A DNA stretch of 64,000 nt, from contig CAZSTS010000001.1 of assembly GCA_964609965.1 (NCBI GenBank), forward strand, positions 3,191 to 67,190, written 5' to 3'. The position numbers and the translations under genes are program-made. The DNA is from an uncultured Nitrospirales bacterium (lineage in GTDB: Bacteria > UBA10199 > JADGCS01). Below, in pieces: positions 29,014-39,059 of the stretch. How positions within the stretch are numbered: the stretch's first letter is position 1; each line of letters begins with the position of its first letter. The notes beneath the pieces are model-generated. The model worked only from the letters and a program-made list of their open reading frames with translations, searched no databases and was not told the DNA's origin.

Positions 29014-30480
29014 ATGGCACAAGCTTCAAAAAACAGATCACAAAAATATCAACCAGCACAAGTTATTCCCATCTCAAAAGTGCCGCCTCAAAATGTCGAG
29101 GCAGAACAAGCCATACTCGCTTCTATTCTCATTGATAATACTGCGTTTAACACATGTTTAGAATTCATTGGTCCCGACGACTTTTATAAAGAAGCTCATA
29201 AAATTATTTTTAGAAGCATGCTTGAGCTCAATGAGAAAAATGAACCCACAGATCTTATCACACTTAATTCTCTGCTAGAAACAAAAGGTGAACTAGATCA
29301 GATTGGTGGGAGTGCCTATCTTTCTCACATTGTTGATTCAATCCCTACAGCAGCAAATGTAGCTAGTTATGCAAAATTTGTTCGCGAAAAATCTACCTTG
29401 CGTACGCTTATCAGTGTAGGTACAGAAATTGTCAGCGAGGGTTTTAATGCAGACGGTGATGTTAATGAACTCTTGGATAATGTCGAAAACCGTATTTACG
29501 CTTTATCAGAACAAAAGGTTTCAAAGGGTTTCACACCTGTAAAAGACCTGGTGAAAGGCACATATAAGCAAATCGAACATCTCTTTGAGAAAAAGGGTCA
29601 TCTCACTGGTTTGATTACAGGGTTTAAAGATTTTGATAAAATCACAGCTGGACTTCAACAAAGTGATCTCATTATTGTGGCAGGACGCCCCTCAATGGGT
29701 AAAACAGCTTTTGCGATGAACATTATTGAGAACGCGTGTCGCATGGACAATGCTAAAGCAGCAGTTTTTTCTTTAGAAATGAGTAAAGAGTCTCTCATGA
29801 TGAGACTTTTGACTTCTACAGCCAGGATCGATGCTTCTCGAGTGAGAACGGGTAATTTAGAAGAATCTGATTGGCCAAAACTTTTAGCCGCTGCTGACAC
29901 ACTCTCTAACCTCAATATATATATAGACGATCAGCCTGCACAATCTCCGTTAGAAATTCGGGCAAAAGCAAGACATCTTGCAAAAACTGTAGGTGGTTTA
30001 GATATTATATTAGTTGATTACATGCAGCTCATGCAGGCCTCTGGTTCGCATCAATCTCGAGAGCAAGAAATATCAGAAATCAGTCGATCGCTAAAAGCTT
30101 TGGCAAAAGATCTGAGCGTGCCTGTTGTAGCAGTCTCGCAGCTTAACCGTTCTTTAGAAGGTCGCCAAAACAAACGACCAATGATGAGTGATTTAAGAGA
30201 GTCAGGTGCCATTGAGCAAGATGCAGACGTGATCACTTTTGTTTATCGCGATGAGGTGTACAATCCCGAAACACCAGACAAGGGCATGGCAGAAATTATT
30301 ATTGGCAAACAACGAAACGGGGCTATTGGAACTTGTCGTATGGCTTTTGTGAATAAATATGTTCGTTTTGAAGACCTGGCCTATGATAATGAATACCAGT
30401 TTGAGCCTACAGATACCCCTGGTGCAGATGATGTTTCGCTTGATGTTGAGACACCTAGACCAGAAGATGTTATATTTTAG
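29014..30480 (+). CDS. dnaB: Replicative DNA helicase DnaB
   Basis: Walker A GRPSMGKTAF, DYMQLM and the conserved N-terminal NVEAEQAILASIL. Confidence 0.92.
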   Translation: MAQASKNRSQKYQPAQVIPISKVPPQNVEAEQAILASILIDNTAFNTCLEFIGPDDFYKEAHKIIFRSMLELNEKNEPTDLITLNSLLETKGELDQIGGSAYLSHIVDSIPTAANVASYAKFVREKSTLRTLISVGTEIVSEGFNADGDVNELLDNVENRIYALSEQKVSKGFTPVKDLVKGTYKQIEHLFEKKGHLTGLITGFKDFDKITAGLQQSDLIIVAGRPSMGKTAFAMNIIENACRMDNAKAAVFSLEMSKESLMMRLLTSTARIDASRVRTGNLEESDWPKLLAAADTLSNLNIYIDDQPAQSPLEIRAKARHLAKTVGGLDIILVDYMQLMQASGSHQSREQEISEISRSLKALAKDLSVPVVAVSQLNRSLEGRQNKRPMMSDLRESGAIEQDADVITFVYRDEVYNPETPDKGMAEIIIGKQRNGAIGTCRMAFVNKYVRFEDLAYDNEYQFEPTDTPGADDVSLDVETPRPEDVIF

Positions 30481-30527
30481 GGTACATTTTTTTGACTTTC
30501 GACCTTAGACCTTTGACTTTTGACAAT

Positions 30528-31718
30528 ATGTTACCAATTTATCTCGACTACAACGCAACAACACCAGTAGATCCTCAAGTTCTTGAGGCCATGCTTCCTT
30601 ATTTTACAACGCAGTTTGGAAACCCAGCTAGCAACACGCATCCTTTTGGTTGGGAGGCTCAAAAAATTATAAAAGAATGTAGAGGAAAGATTGCTGATTT
30701 TATTGGTGGTGAAGGGCCTGAGAGCATTATTTTTACGGCAGGAACAACAGAATCAAATAATCTTGTGATCAAAGGTTTGGTTGAAATGTCGTCACATAAT
30801 CCACCACATATTATCACACAAAAAACAGAGCACGGTAGTGTTTTGCAACCTTGTGAACATGTTGAATCAGCTAAGGGTTGTGAAGTGACTTATCTTGATG
30901 TGGACGAGAATGGTCTTGTACGACCTGAAGATTTGCGTGCAGCTATTAAAGAAAATACAATCCTCGTGACAATCATGGCTGCTAATAACGAGATTGGCAC
31001 TGTTCAAAATCTTAAAGAGCTAGCGGCTGTTGCGCACGAAAAACCAGGTGTTCTTTTTCATACAGATGCAGCGCAGGCAGCTGGTAAAGTTTCTATGCAT
31101 GTGCAAAATGATGGCATTGATCTCATGAGTTTTACATCTCATAAAATCTATGGGCCAAAAGGAGTGGGGTCTTTGTATGTGGCTCAGAAAAATCCTCCTA
31201 TTGGCTTGGCTCCTTGCGTACATGGTGGCGGGCATGAAAAAGGTTTAAGATCTGGCACACTCAATGTGCCTGGTATTGTTGGACTGACAAAGGCCTTAGA
31301 AGTTTGTGTAGGAGAGATGAAAACTGAGTCTGAGCGAGAGATTAAGTTTCGTGATTATATATTAAAAGAACTCAATGAAAAGCTTGGTCACATCACACTC
31401 AATGGTCATCCAACTCAAAGACTTCCCAATAATACAAATATTGCTATCAAATTTATCGATGCCTCTGATCTCATTGCTGCACTTCCAGGGTATGCGTTTT
31501 CCACAAGTTCTGCTTGTTCATCAGAGTCAACAAAACCTTCTCATGTGCTCATGGCAATTGCCGATGACGAGGGTCGCGCTAAATCTTCTATGAGAATCAG
31601 CGTGGGGCGTTCAACAACAGAAGATGAAGTCAAAAAGGCTGTTCACGACATCATCGATGCTGTCAAAAAACTCCGTTCAAAATCTCTGGAATACGAGATG
31701 TCTCAAAGAAACACTTAA
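30528..31718 (+). CDS. Cysteine desulfurase (IscS/NifS family)
   Basis: PLP-lysine FTSHKIYGPKG and active-site Cys SSACSS. Start moved to the MLPIYLDYNATT Met because 30481-30527 is a TTGAC(C)TT word repeat. Confidence 0.85.
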   Translation: MLPIYLDYNATTPVDPQVLEAMLPYFTTQFGNPASNTHPFGWEAQKIIKECRGKIADFIGGEGPESIIFTAGTTESNNLVIKGLVEMSSHNPPHIITQKTEHGSVLQPCEHVESAKGCEVTYLDVDENGLVRPEDLRAAIKENTILVTIMAANNEIGTVQNLKELAAVAHEKPGVLFHTDAAQAAGKVSMHVQNDGIDLMSFTSHKIYGPKGVGSLYVAQKNPPIGLAPCVHGGGHEKGLRSGTLNVPGIVGLTKALEVCVGEMKTESEREIKFRDYILKELNEKLGHITLNGHPTQRLPNNTNIAIKFIDASDLIAALPGYAFSTSSACSSESTKPSHVLMAIADDEGRAKSSMRISVGRSTTEDEVKKAVHDIIDAVKKLRSKSLEYEMSQRNT

Positions 31719-31772
31719 AAAACTGAAGTTTTAGACTAAGATTGATATTTCCCAATAATTTGACTAAAATAT

Positions 31773-31804
31773 GCGCCCTCAACAACAACTGAGGGCGTTT
31801 TTTT
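31773..31804 (+). terminator. Rho-independent terminator (cgccctca...tgagggcg + T7) abutting next ATG
   Basis: 8-bp stem plus TTTTTTT. The next ATG at 31805 follows immediately. Confidence 0.7.
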
Positions 31805-32719
31805 ATGTCAAAAGACTATTATAAAGCATTGGGTATCAAAAAATCAGCTTCTCAAGCTGAGGTGAAATCTGCTTTTAAGAAATTAGCCAGAAAATATCAT
31901 CCTGATGTGAATTCTGAAAAAAGTGCTGAAGCCAAGTTTAAAGATGCCTCTGAGGCGTACGAAGTCCTTGGCGATGCCAAAAAAAGAAAACAGTATGACA
32001 CAATGGGTTCTTTTAATTTTGGATCACGTGGACCACAAAATCCCTACACACAGAATTATTGGCAGTCAGTTAACATGAACGACATCGATCTCGAAGACAT
32101 CTTTGGAGATGTTTTTGGGTTTGGTGGACCAAAACGTGGAAGAAGAAGCAAAACGCGTTTTGATTTTGGTGGTTTTGGCAATAGAAAGGCTGCTGGATCT
32201 GATGCATCATGGACAATCCCTCTAGACTTCATATCATGTGTAAATGGGTGCCAAAAAGAGATCCTCATGTCTGATGGTAAGAAGGTGAGGGTTAAGATTC
32301 CTGCTGGAGTAGATAATGGATCAAAAATTCGTTTGGCAGGAAAGGGCAATCCAGGAATAGGCGGGGGCAAGGCAGGGGATCTCATTATCGAGATAAAAAT
32401 GGAATCCCATTCCTATTTTGAGCGCAAAGGCAATGACATCCACGTGAATTTGAACCTATCTCTCGCTGAAGCCATCTCAGGCGCCAAAATCACAGTGCCT
32501 ACTATTTCGGGAAACGTTGGCATGAAAATCCCTGCAGGTTCTCAGAGCGGTCAAAAGCTCAGACTCAAAGGCAAGGGTGCAAAAAATATCAAGTCAGGTG
32601 TGAATGGCCATCAGTACGTACACCTCGTAGTCAAATATCCTTCAAGGCTTAGTAAGGCTGATGCCAAAGAGATTGTCGACATTGTCGAAAAACACAAAGC
32701 CGTGGATAGGGGCTGGTAA
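31805..32719 (+). CDS. DnaJ-domain co-chaperone (CbpA-like, no zinc-finger)
   Basis: J domain DYYKALGI...KYHPD, a G/F region, C-terminal substrate-binding repeats, and no CxxCxGxG. Confidence 0.8.
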   Translation: MSKDYYKALGIKKSASQAEVKSAFKKLARKYHPDVNSEKSAEAKFKDASEAYEVLGDAKKRKQYDTMGSFNFGSRGPQNPYTQNYWQSVNMNDIDLEDIFGDVFGFGGPKRGRRSKTRFDFGGFGNRKAAGSDASWTIPLDFISCVNGCQKEILMSDGKKVRVKIPAGVDNGSKIRLAGKGNPGIGGGKAGDLIIEIKMESHSYFERKGNDIHVNLNLSLAEAISGAKITVPTISGNVGMKIPAGSQSGQKLRLKGKGAKNIKSGVNGHQYVHLVVKYPSRLSKADAKEIVDIVEKHKAVDRGW

Positions 32720-32735
32720 ATTAAAGATTAAGGTT

Positions 32736-33413
32736 CTATTTTTTAGGTGTTACGATCGCAATCCCTTCTTTTTTCAAATACTCTTCATACAATTGCCAAT
32801 AGAGATGCCATTGAACCATGAACATAAAGGGGATGGATAGGTATGTTCCCACGCAGCAAAGTAACAATCCTGCAATAGCAGCTGCAAAACTCACGGCCCA
32901 AAGGAAGAGAAGCGAGATGAGTGTCTCGGCCCACATTTTTTTGATAAAATCAAAAATAAAATCTCTTGCAAAAGCTGCTTTAAGAGATTGACCAAGGGCG
33001 CCACCAATAACACAGGGGACAAGAATAAAATGCAGGAGAATAATAATTGGGAAATTAATTAATGAAAGAAAAGGGGCAAAGAGTGCGATTCCTTCGGGTT
33101 TTTTTGTAGCGATTGATAATCCTATTGTTCCAAAAAAGAATAATCCAAACAGCAGACCATATATAAGACCAGGGATAAGCATGGCTAGAAAAGGCCAGAT
33201 ACCTGTTTTGAGATAATCTCCCAAGAGATTAAAATCAAAATCAATGAGAGGATCCTTTTTTGTTTTATGGTGCTGCATGAGGCTTGTGGCCAAATAGCCC
33301 ATGAAAACTATGGTGCCAACTATGGGAACTAAGATACAAAGAAGGCCTATGAGAATAACCACCCACCATTTTGGGTTTTCGAGAATATATTTTACAGATC
33401 GCATGTAATTCAT
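32736..33413 (-). CDS. Integral membrane protein, hypothetical
   Basis: Five to six hydrophobic helices. Tandem TAGGAGC (SD-like) words precede the start on the mRNA strand. Confidence 0.55.
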   Translation of the reverse strand: MNYMRSVKYILENPKWWVVILIGLLCILVPIVGTIVFMGYLATSLMQHHKTKKDPLIDFDFNLLGDYLKTGIWPFLAMLIPGLIYGLLFGLFFFGTIGLSIATKKPEGIALFAPFLSLINFPIIILLHFILVPCVIGGALGQSLKAAFARDFIFDFIKKMWAETLISLLFLWAVSFAAAIAGLLLCCVGTYLSIPFMFMVQWHLYWQLYEEYLKKEGIAIVTPKK

Positions 33414-33500
33414 AGTTACGCTCCTACGAGCCTATGCTCCTACGATCCAATGACAAGAAAACATTGGTTCGTCGGTACATCGACTCATTGGCACCAGGGT

Positions 33501-33752
33501 TCAGTTTTTAGTCTCTTCTTCCATTCTTTTTAAAATTTCTTTTTCTTCTTCTTTTTTAGTAGCTTTTTTATATTGCAGGTATTTTCTGTACTCTGCCTTT
33601 TCTTCTAAAGAATAGTCTGTCGGATCCTTTTTTGTATTCAGTGTTGTGTTCTCTGAAATGGAGATAATGGATTGATCTATCGCAGCGCAACTGGTTTGCA
33701 GAAAAACAAAAATCAGGATTGCGATAAAGAGTGGTTGGGTGTACTTATTCAT
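33501..33752 (-). CDS. Small secreted protein, hypothetical
   Basis: 83 aa with a signal peptide and a KE-rich tail. Confidence 0.45.
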   Translation of the reverse strand: MNKYTQPLFIAILIFVFLQTSCAAIDQSIISISENTTLNTKKDPTDYSLEEKAEYRKYLQYKKATKKEEEKEILKRMEEETKN

Positions 33753-34686
33753 TCAGAGAAATCCTATGTTATTTCAAAGAACTTTAGCACATATTTCCCG
33801 ATTTGTCTTGTTTTTGCTCATCAGCCTTTTTTTTGTGGGCAATTATGCAATTGCTGATATTTCATTGCCCCACGATGGTAAAATCAGATTCTATGCCTAT
33901 CACGTAGATGAATTCCTCGAAATCCAATATCTTGATGAGAATCATCAATGGATTGAGTCAGCACATAAAAAAATCAACTTTCTACTTCGATCCCGTGGCG
34001 ACAATAAGGTTTTTCCTATTGATAGGCGTTTGATTGAACTAGCTGATCATCTCCAAGATCATTTTAAGATAGATACGATTGAGGTTATCTGTGGTTACCG
34101 AAGTCCTGAGTTTAATGCTAAGCTGAAGGATGAAGGGCATAGAGTCGCTGGTGAAAGTAAGCATATGAAGGGCCTGGCCATGGATTTTCACATTGATGAA
34201 ATAAACGAAAGGGCGATTTTCGACTACATTGCTTCTTTAAAGATTGGTGGCGTTGGTTATTATGGCTCTAATTTGATGATCCATTTTCAGATAGGGAAGC
34301 TTTGGTCTAAAGTACAAAATGCATTTAAGGAAAATACAGGCGTTGGGGTTTTTAATAAGAAAATCCCTGTGGTGATTCGAACAGATAAGTTTTTCTACGC
34401 TCAAAAAGACAAGATGACGCTGTTTCTCGATGGTGTTTATGAGAACGTGGAGGCTCAGCTTAAGCTACAAAAGTTTTATCGAGGTAAGTGGGTGAGCGTT
34501 CCCTTATCACGTTTCGCTGTTAAAGATGAGAGAGTCCAGCTAACAAAAACAATCAAACAAGGCCTTATATTGAAGTCTGTTTTAAATAAGATAGAAAATA
34601 TGTCGATATTTGGTAAGTTTCGTTGGCGTTATAAAGATAAAGGTCAATGGCAAAATTCAAACGAATTTTATGTAAAGAAAATATGA
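33739..34686 (+). CDS. DUF882/peptidase M15-like (YcbK-like) protein
   Basis: GYRSPEFNAKL...GESKHMKGLAMDF, a zinc D-Ala-D-Ala carboxypeptidase-like fold signature. Confidence 0.65.
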   Translation: MYLFIQRNPMLFQRTLAHISRFVLFLLISLFFVGNYAIADISLPHDGKIRFYAYHVDEFLEIQYLDENHQWIESAHKKINFLLRSRGDNKVFPIDRRLIELADHLQDHFKIDTIEVICGYRSPEFNAKLKDEGHRVAGESKHMKGLAMDFHIDEINERAIFDYIASLKIGGVGYYGSNLMIHFQIGKLWSKVQNAFKENTGVGVFNKKIPVVIRTDKFFYAQKDKMTLFLDGVYENVEAQLKLQKFYRGKWVSVPLSRFAVKDERVQLTKTIKQGLILKSVLNKIENMSIFGKFRWRYKDKGQWQNSNEFYVKKI

Positions 34687-36170
34687 TTTCATTCAAAGAA
34701 TTTACTCAAATCGCAAAAGATCATAATGTAATTCCTCTGCATGAGACATTGTCTGCAGACCTTGATACAGCAGTGTCTGCCTTTATGAAGATTCGTTCAG
34801 GGAAATATGATTTCTTATTTGAGTCTGTAGAAGGTGGTGAAAAATGGGCACGGTATAGTTTTTTAGGTACTGAACCTCAAAAAATCTATCAGCTCAATGA
34901 TGGTGAATTCAAAATCATCAAACCAGATGGCAAATCTATTGTAGTTCCATTCGATAACAATCCATTAGAGGTTCTGAGAGAAGAATTTTTTCAATTTAAA
35001 CCCTATCAAGATCCAGATCTTCCCCGATTTTTTGGTGGTGCTGTTGGGTATTTTGGCTATGATATGGTTCAATACTTTGATGGCATTGAACTAAAGAATC
35101 CAAAAGAAAGCTCTGTTCCAGATTTTATATTCCTTCTCACAGATTCAGTCATAATTTTTGATAACTTATATCAGATTGTTAAAGTAGTGAATTCAATTTC
35201 GATCCCACAAAGCTGTCAAACCGATGAAGCTGCTTTGAAGAACCTCTATGATGCTGCTCTTGCCAAAATTCAAAATATCACTGAAAAATTATCTTCTGAT
35301 CTATCAGATTTCAAAAAGTCCGAAACCGTATCTGATTATAAAGAAGAACAATTAGTCAGTCAGGATCAGTTTTGCAAAATGGTTGAATGTGCCAGGGAAT
35401 ACATTGCTGCTGGAGATGTTTTTCAGGTTGTGCTCTCCATGCCTTTTGAACTTAAGGCTAGAGGGATTGATTCAATGCAGATTTATCGTTCGATCAGGCG
35501 TATAAATCCATCACCTTATATGTTTTATCTTCAGCTAGATGAATTTGCGATTGTGGGCGCTTCACCAGAGGTCATGGTCAGGTTAGAGGATGACGTTGTC
35601 GAAGTCAGACCCATAGCAGGCACAAGAAAACGAGGAGACACTGACGCGCGTGATCAAGAACTCGAGCAAGAGCTCATTAATGATCCAAAAGAACAGGCTG
35701 AGCATATTATGTTGGTTGATTTAGGGCGCAACGACATAGGTCGTGTGGCTCAAACAGGTTCAATTAACGTGGATGAACAAGATGTGATTGAACGGTATTC
35801 GCATGTGATGCACATGGTGAGTCATGTTTCTGGCAAAAAAGCGGAAGATAAAAATGTTTTTGATGTGATTGCATCGACTTTTCCAGCTGGCACACTCAGT
35901 GGCGCTCCCAAAATTAGGGCCATGGAAATTATTGAAGAGCTCGAAGAGGTTTCACGCGGTGTTTATGGTGGTGCTATTGGTTATATTAGTTTTACCGGGA
36001 ATACTGACCTGGCTATTACTATAAGAACTGCTGTTGTGCATGAGGACAGGGTGAGAGTTCAGGCAGGGGCAGGCATAGTGTATAATTCTGTTCCAGAATT
36101 GGAATATAAAGAGTGTTGCCATAAGGCCAAGGCTATGATTGAAGCGGTAAAGAGATCGATAGCTATTTGA
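34683..36170 (+). CDS. trpE: Anthranilate synthase component I
   Basis: Chorismate-binding motifs MLVDLGRNDIGRV and GAIGY. Start taken at ATG 34683, which overlaps the upstream stop as ATGA. The ORF-track start is 34647. Confidence 0.88.
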   Translation: MISFKEFTQIAKDHNVIPLHETLSADLDTAVSAFMKIRSGKYDFLFESVEGGEKWARYSFLGTEPQKIYQLNDGEFKIIKPDGKSIVVPFDNNPLEVLREEFFQFKPYQDPDLPRFFGGAVGYFGYDMVQYFDGIELKNPKESSVPDFIFLLTDSVIIFDNLYQIVKVVNSISIPQSCQTDEAALKNLYDAALAKIQNITEKLSSDLSDFKKSETVSDYKEEQLVSQDQFCKMVECAREYIAAGDVFQVVLSMPFELKARGIDSMQIYRSIRRINPSPYMFYLQLDEFAIVGASPEVMVRLEDDVVEVRPIAGTRKRGDTDARDQELEQELINDPKEQAEHIMLVDLGRNDIGRVAQTGSINVDEQDVIERYSHVMHMVSHVSGKKAEDKNVFDVIASTFPAGTLSGAPKIRAMEIIEELEEVSRGVYGGAIGYISFTGNTDLAITIRTAVVHEDRVRVQAGAGIVYNSVPELEYKECCHKAKAMIEAVKRSIAI

Positions 36171-36351
36171 AAAACTATTATATTAGTTTCTGGGTCCTGC
36201 TACGGATCGCTATTTTAAAATTTATCGCCAGTACACACAGCATTTATTAATCTTCTCGCGATTTTCTTGTTTTGCAAGATAATGTGTTAACTAGACGTTC
36301 GAAGGTTAATAAATACTGTATGTACTGACTAATTTAAATGTTAAGGATAAT

Positions 36352-36915
36352 ATGATTATCGTCATCGACAACTATGATTCGTTTACTTTTAACCTTGTTC
36401 AATATTTGGGGGAATTGGGGGGAGAGGTTGAGGTGTATCGAAATGATGAAATCACTTTAGAGGGGATTGAAAAAAAGACTCCAGAAAAAATCGTGATATC
36501 TCCTGGACCATGTACACCCAAAGAAGCAGGCATTTCTGTTAATTTAATCAAAAGATTTTATGATAAAATACCTATTTTAGGTGTTTGCCTAGGGCATCAA
36601 TCTTTGGCAGCTGCTTTTGGGGGTAAGATCATACGTGCACCCTCGATAATGCATGGAAAGACGTCGGAGATTTTTCATGATCAAAAAACAATTTATCAGG
36701 GGATTGAGAGCCCTTTTGTAGCCACGCGTTACCATTCATTGATAGTTGACAAAAAGACTCTTCCAAAGGAATTAGAAATAACTTCCTGGACTCAAGATAA
36801 CATCATCATGGGGCTCAGGCATAAAAAGCACCCTGTTGAGGGTGTCCAGTTTCATCCAGAGTCAATATTGACTCAAGTGGGACACGATTTATTGAGAAAC
36901 TTCTTGGAAATGTGA
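36352..36915 (+). CDS. trpG: Anthranilate synthase component II / glutamine amidotransferase
   Basis: GVCLGHQ catalytic Cys. HPE motif at the C-terminus. Confidence 0.85.
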   Translation: MIIVIDNYDSFTFNLVQYLGELGGEVEVYRNDEITLEGIEKKTPEKIVISPGPCTPKEAGISVNLIKRFYDKIPILGVCLGHQSLAAAFGGKIIRAPSIMHGKTSEIFHDQKTIYQGIESPFVATRYHSLIVDKKTLPKELEITSWTQDNIIMGLRHKKHPVEGVQFHPESILTQVGHDLLRNFLEM

Positions 36916-36916
36916 G

Positions 36917-37001
36917 CCTAAGCACCTGTGCACCTAGGAGCCTACGAAAAAACAGTACTGAATGTTTAACGTAGGATCATAGGAGCCTAGGAGCGTAGGA
37001 G
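36917..37001. repeat. TAGGAGC-word degenerate repeats (tandem SD-like AGGAG copies before ispD)
   Basis: Reading: gcacctaggagcctacg...cataggagcctaggagcgtaggagcaaaaaaATG. Confidence 0.6.
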
Positions 37002-37008
37002 CAAAAAA

Positions 37009-37710
37009 ATGAACACACACATTATCATTCCAGCTGGTGGTTCTGGCATACGTTTTGGTGGCAAGGATAAGAAGCAATTCTTAACTCTTGGTGGCGAATC
37101 AATTTTGAATCAGGTCATCAGTCTCTTCGACAAACTTTCATTCATTAAATCAGTTTCGGTGAGCTTGCCTTTTGACGAGATTGACAGACAAGTAGAAAAT
37201 CCTGATTGTTTCTATCAAAGTGAAAAAGTTCATTACATGATTGGTGGTAAAACGCGTTCAGCTTCGGTTTACCAGGGATTTATTCATCTTAAAAAATGTC
37301 AGGATGATGATGTCGTTCTTATCCATGATGCAGTTCGTCCTTTAGTCTCTCAGTCACTTGTCGAAAAGATCATTGAAACTACAAAGGTGTTTGGGGCTTG
37401 TGTGCCCGCATTGAAAATGACAGATACAGTAAAAAGAGCTAGCAGAAAAAACATGGTGATAGAAACTATACCTAGGCATGACCTTCATGCAGTTCAAACG
37501 CCACAAGGTTTTTTATATGGTAAGCTAAAAGAGGCCTATGATAGCATTGATTATCGAGATGGCAAGTACACTGATGAGGCTATGCTCATGGAGCTTACGG
37601 GGGTGCCTGTGAAGATTGTAGAGGGTGATGTAGAAAATATAAAAATCACAGCGCCGTTTGATCTAAAGATTGCGGAGGAAATATGGAATGCAAAAAAGAA
37701 ACAAATCTAA
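37009..37710 (+). CDS. ispD: 2-C-methyl-D-erythritol 4-phosphate cytidylyltransferase
   Basis: [12 protein letters not shown] and VLIHDAVRP motifs. Confidence 0.85.
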   Translation: MNTHIIIPAGGSGIRFGGKDKKQFLTLGGESILNQVISLFDKLSFIKSVSVSLPFDEIDRQVENPDCFYQSEKVHYMIGGKTRSASVYQGFIHLKKCQDDDVVLIHDAVRPLVSQSLVEKIIETTKVFGACVPALKMTDTVKRASRKNMVIETIPRHDLHAVQTPQGFLYGKLKEAYDSIDYRDGKYTDEAMLMELTGVPVKIVEGDVENIKITAPFDLKIAEEIWNAKKKQI

Positions 37711-37886
37711 AAAACTGTAATTGCACATATGAGCCTTGTTCACGAAAAGGCACATGCTGTGATTGCATCTTGTATCATGTCAAAAGTCGACAACTACCTG
37801 CTTGCTGTTTTCCGACAAGTGCTGAGAGTACCTATGATCGTTCCTTTGAATTTTTTGCAAAACTTGTGAATGATGGGGATGTTTAA
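37683..37886 (+). CDS. Small Cys-rich protein (67 aa), hypothetical
   Basis: CNCTYEPC...GTCCDC...ACC, 11 Cys in total. Its 3' end is duplicated at 39060-39147. Confidence 0.5.
   Translation: MECKKETNLKNCNCTYEPCSRKGTCCDCILYHVKSRQLPACCFPTSAESTYDRSFEFFAKLVNDGDV
37797..37886 (+). repeat. Direct repeat copy A (~88 bp) flanking the kinase cassette
   Basis: About 88% identical to 39060-39147, including a 34-nt identical core ttcctttgaattttttgcaaa...cttgtgaatgatggggatgttt. Confidence 0.8.
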
Positions 37887-38917
37887 TAAGATCTAGGTGC
37901 TTTATATTTTGGTGGATTGTCTTGTAACTTTCGAAATATTGCTAAAAGTGGTTTGTGAGGAATGCGTTTCGTAGGATCTTTTTCTAGCATTCCAGCGAGG
38001 AGTTCATTGAGCTCAGGGCAATTTTCTAAAGGAATCATTGTTGCTGTTTCATGGATGTCTTTGAGAAAATAGTAAGGCATGTATTCATCAGTTTCTTCAT
38101 CTCTCATTTCTGCATAAGGATCTTGACCAGTTAACATGCGATAAAGGCAAATACCAAGGGCGTAAACATCTGTAGTTTGGTGTAATTGATAGTTCCAGAG
38201 TTCTGGAGCCATTTGAACAGGTGAGCCTTTTGCTTTTATGTCTACAACAAGATCTTCACTAGAAGGTATTTTCTCTCCATAAAAATGGCCTCCAATACCC
38301 CAATCACCAAGCATATAATCGAAAACATTACCTGGCTTGACATCACCATGGATAGTTAGAATACCTTTGGCTTTACCAGCCTCTAGAACATCAGATAATG
38401 CTTGTAGAATAAAACCTGCAAAGAATAATGCGCCAGTTACTTTGAGGTGTCCAAGCAATTCTAGGATATCTTTTAAACATTCGGTACCTACATCTCTAAT
38501 AAAGCAATAAGCGCCATTTACATACCCATGATCATAATATCGTGGAATATGAGGATTATCTAATGGATTCAGAATCTCACTGGCATAGGTAAATTCTGCT
38601 GACATAGTTTTGACTGCATTTTCTCTAAACTTGATATTGCTGGATGGTTTTTGTGTTATCTTTAATCTATCTCTAGGTGCGATTCTACGAATTCTATCAT
38701 GAAGATATCTAGGAGGATTTTTTTCATCGCTTCTAGCTACATTTATTGCCAAGGGTGGTAATTGATTATCTTGATTTTTGGGTTCTAATAAAAAAACATC
38801 ACAAAAAGAACCACTTCCTAAATACTTTGATACAGTATATAATTCAGCGGCCTGATTTAGGGGCATATCAAAATTTGATGAGCGGGTTAAATGACTTGTT
38901 AGCTTAGGAGAAAACAT
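37883..38917 (-). CDS. Soluble eukaryotic-like Ser/Thr protein kinase, atypical (HGD catalytic loop, DWG instead of DFG)
   Basis: Gly-rich loop GSGSFCDV, catalytic [16 protein letters not shown]. No TM segment. Confidence 0.75.
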   Translation of the reverse strand: MFSPKLTSHLTRSSNFDMPLNQAAELYTVSKYLGSGSFCDVFLLEPKNQDNQLPPLAINVARSDEKNPPRYLHDRIRRIAPRDRLKITQKPSSNIKFRENAVKTMSAEFTYASEILNPLDNPHIPRYYDHGYVNGAYCFIRDVGTECLKDILELLGHLKVTGALFFAGFILQALSDVLEAGKAKGILTIHGDVKPGNVFDYMLGDWGIGGHFYGEKIPSSEDLVVDIKAKGSPVQMAPELWNYQLHQTTDVYALGICLYRMLTGQDPYAEMRDEETDEYMPYYFLKDIHETATMIPLENCPELNELLAGMLEKDPTKRIPHKPLLAIFRKLQDNPPKYKAPRSY

Positions 38918-39059
38918 AAATTGTCTTCTAAATTATTAATTAGTTTTAAAGAGGGAACTCTATGTAATGTTATTATTTATACACCCATATTTATAATCAT
39001 CTGGAGATTATGTCTGTTTATCGGAAAATGAAATCAAAAGTTGCTTAAAAAAAAGGGGA

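Noticed and set aside
30492-30527. ORF-track start of the cysteine desulfurase at 30492 (MTFDLRPLTFDN)
   Set aside because: The extra 12 codons are translation of the TTGACTTTCGACCTTAGACC word repeat. The conserved N-terminus begins at Met 30528.
33485-33500. TGGCACcagggTTCAG sigma-54-like motif
   Set aside because: The -24 element is perfect but the -12 GC is absent (TTCA instead of TTGC). It is also not positioned in front of a + strand gene.
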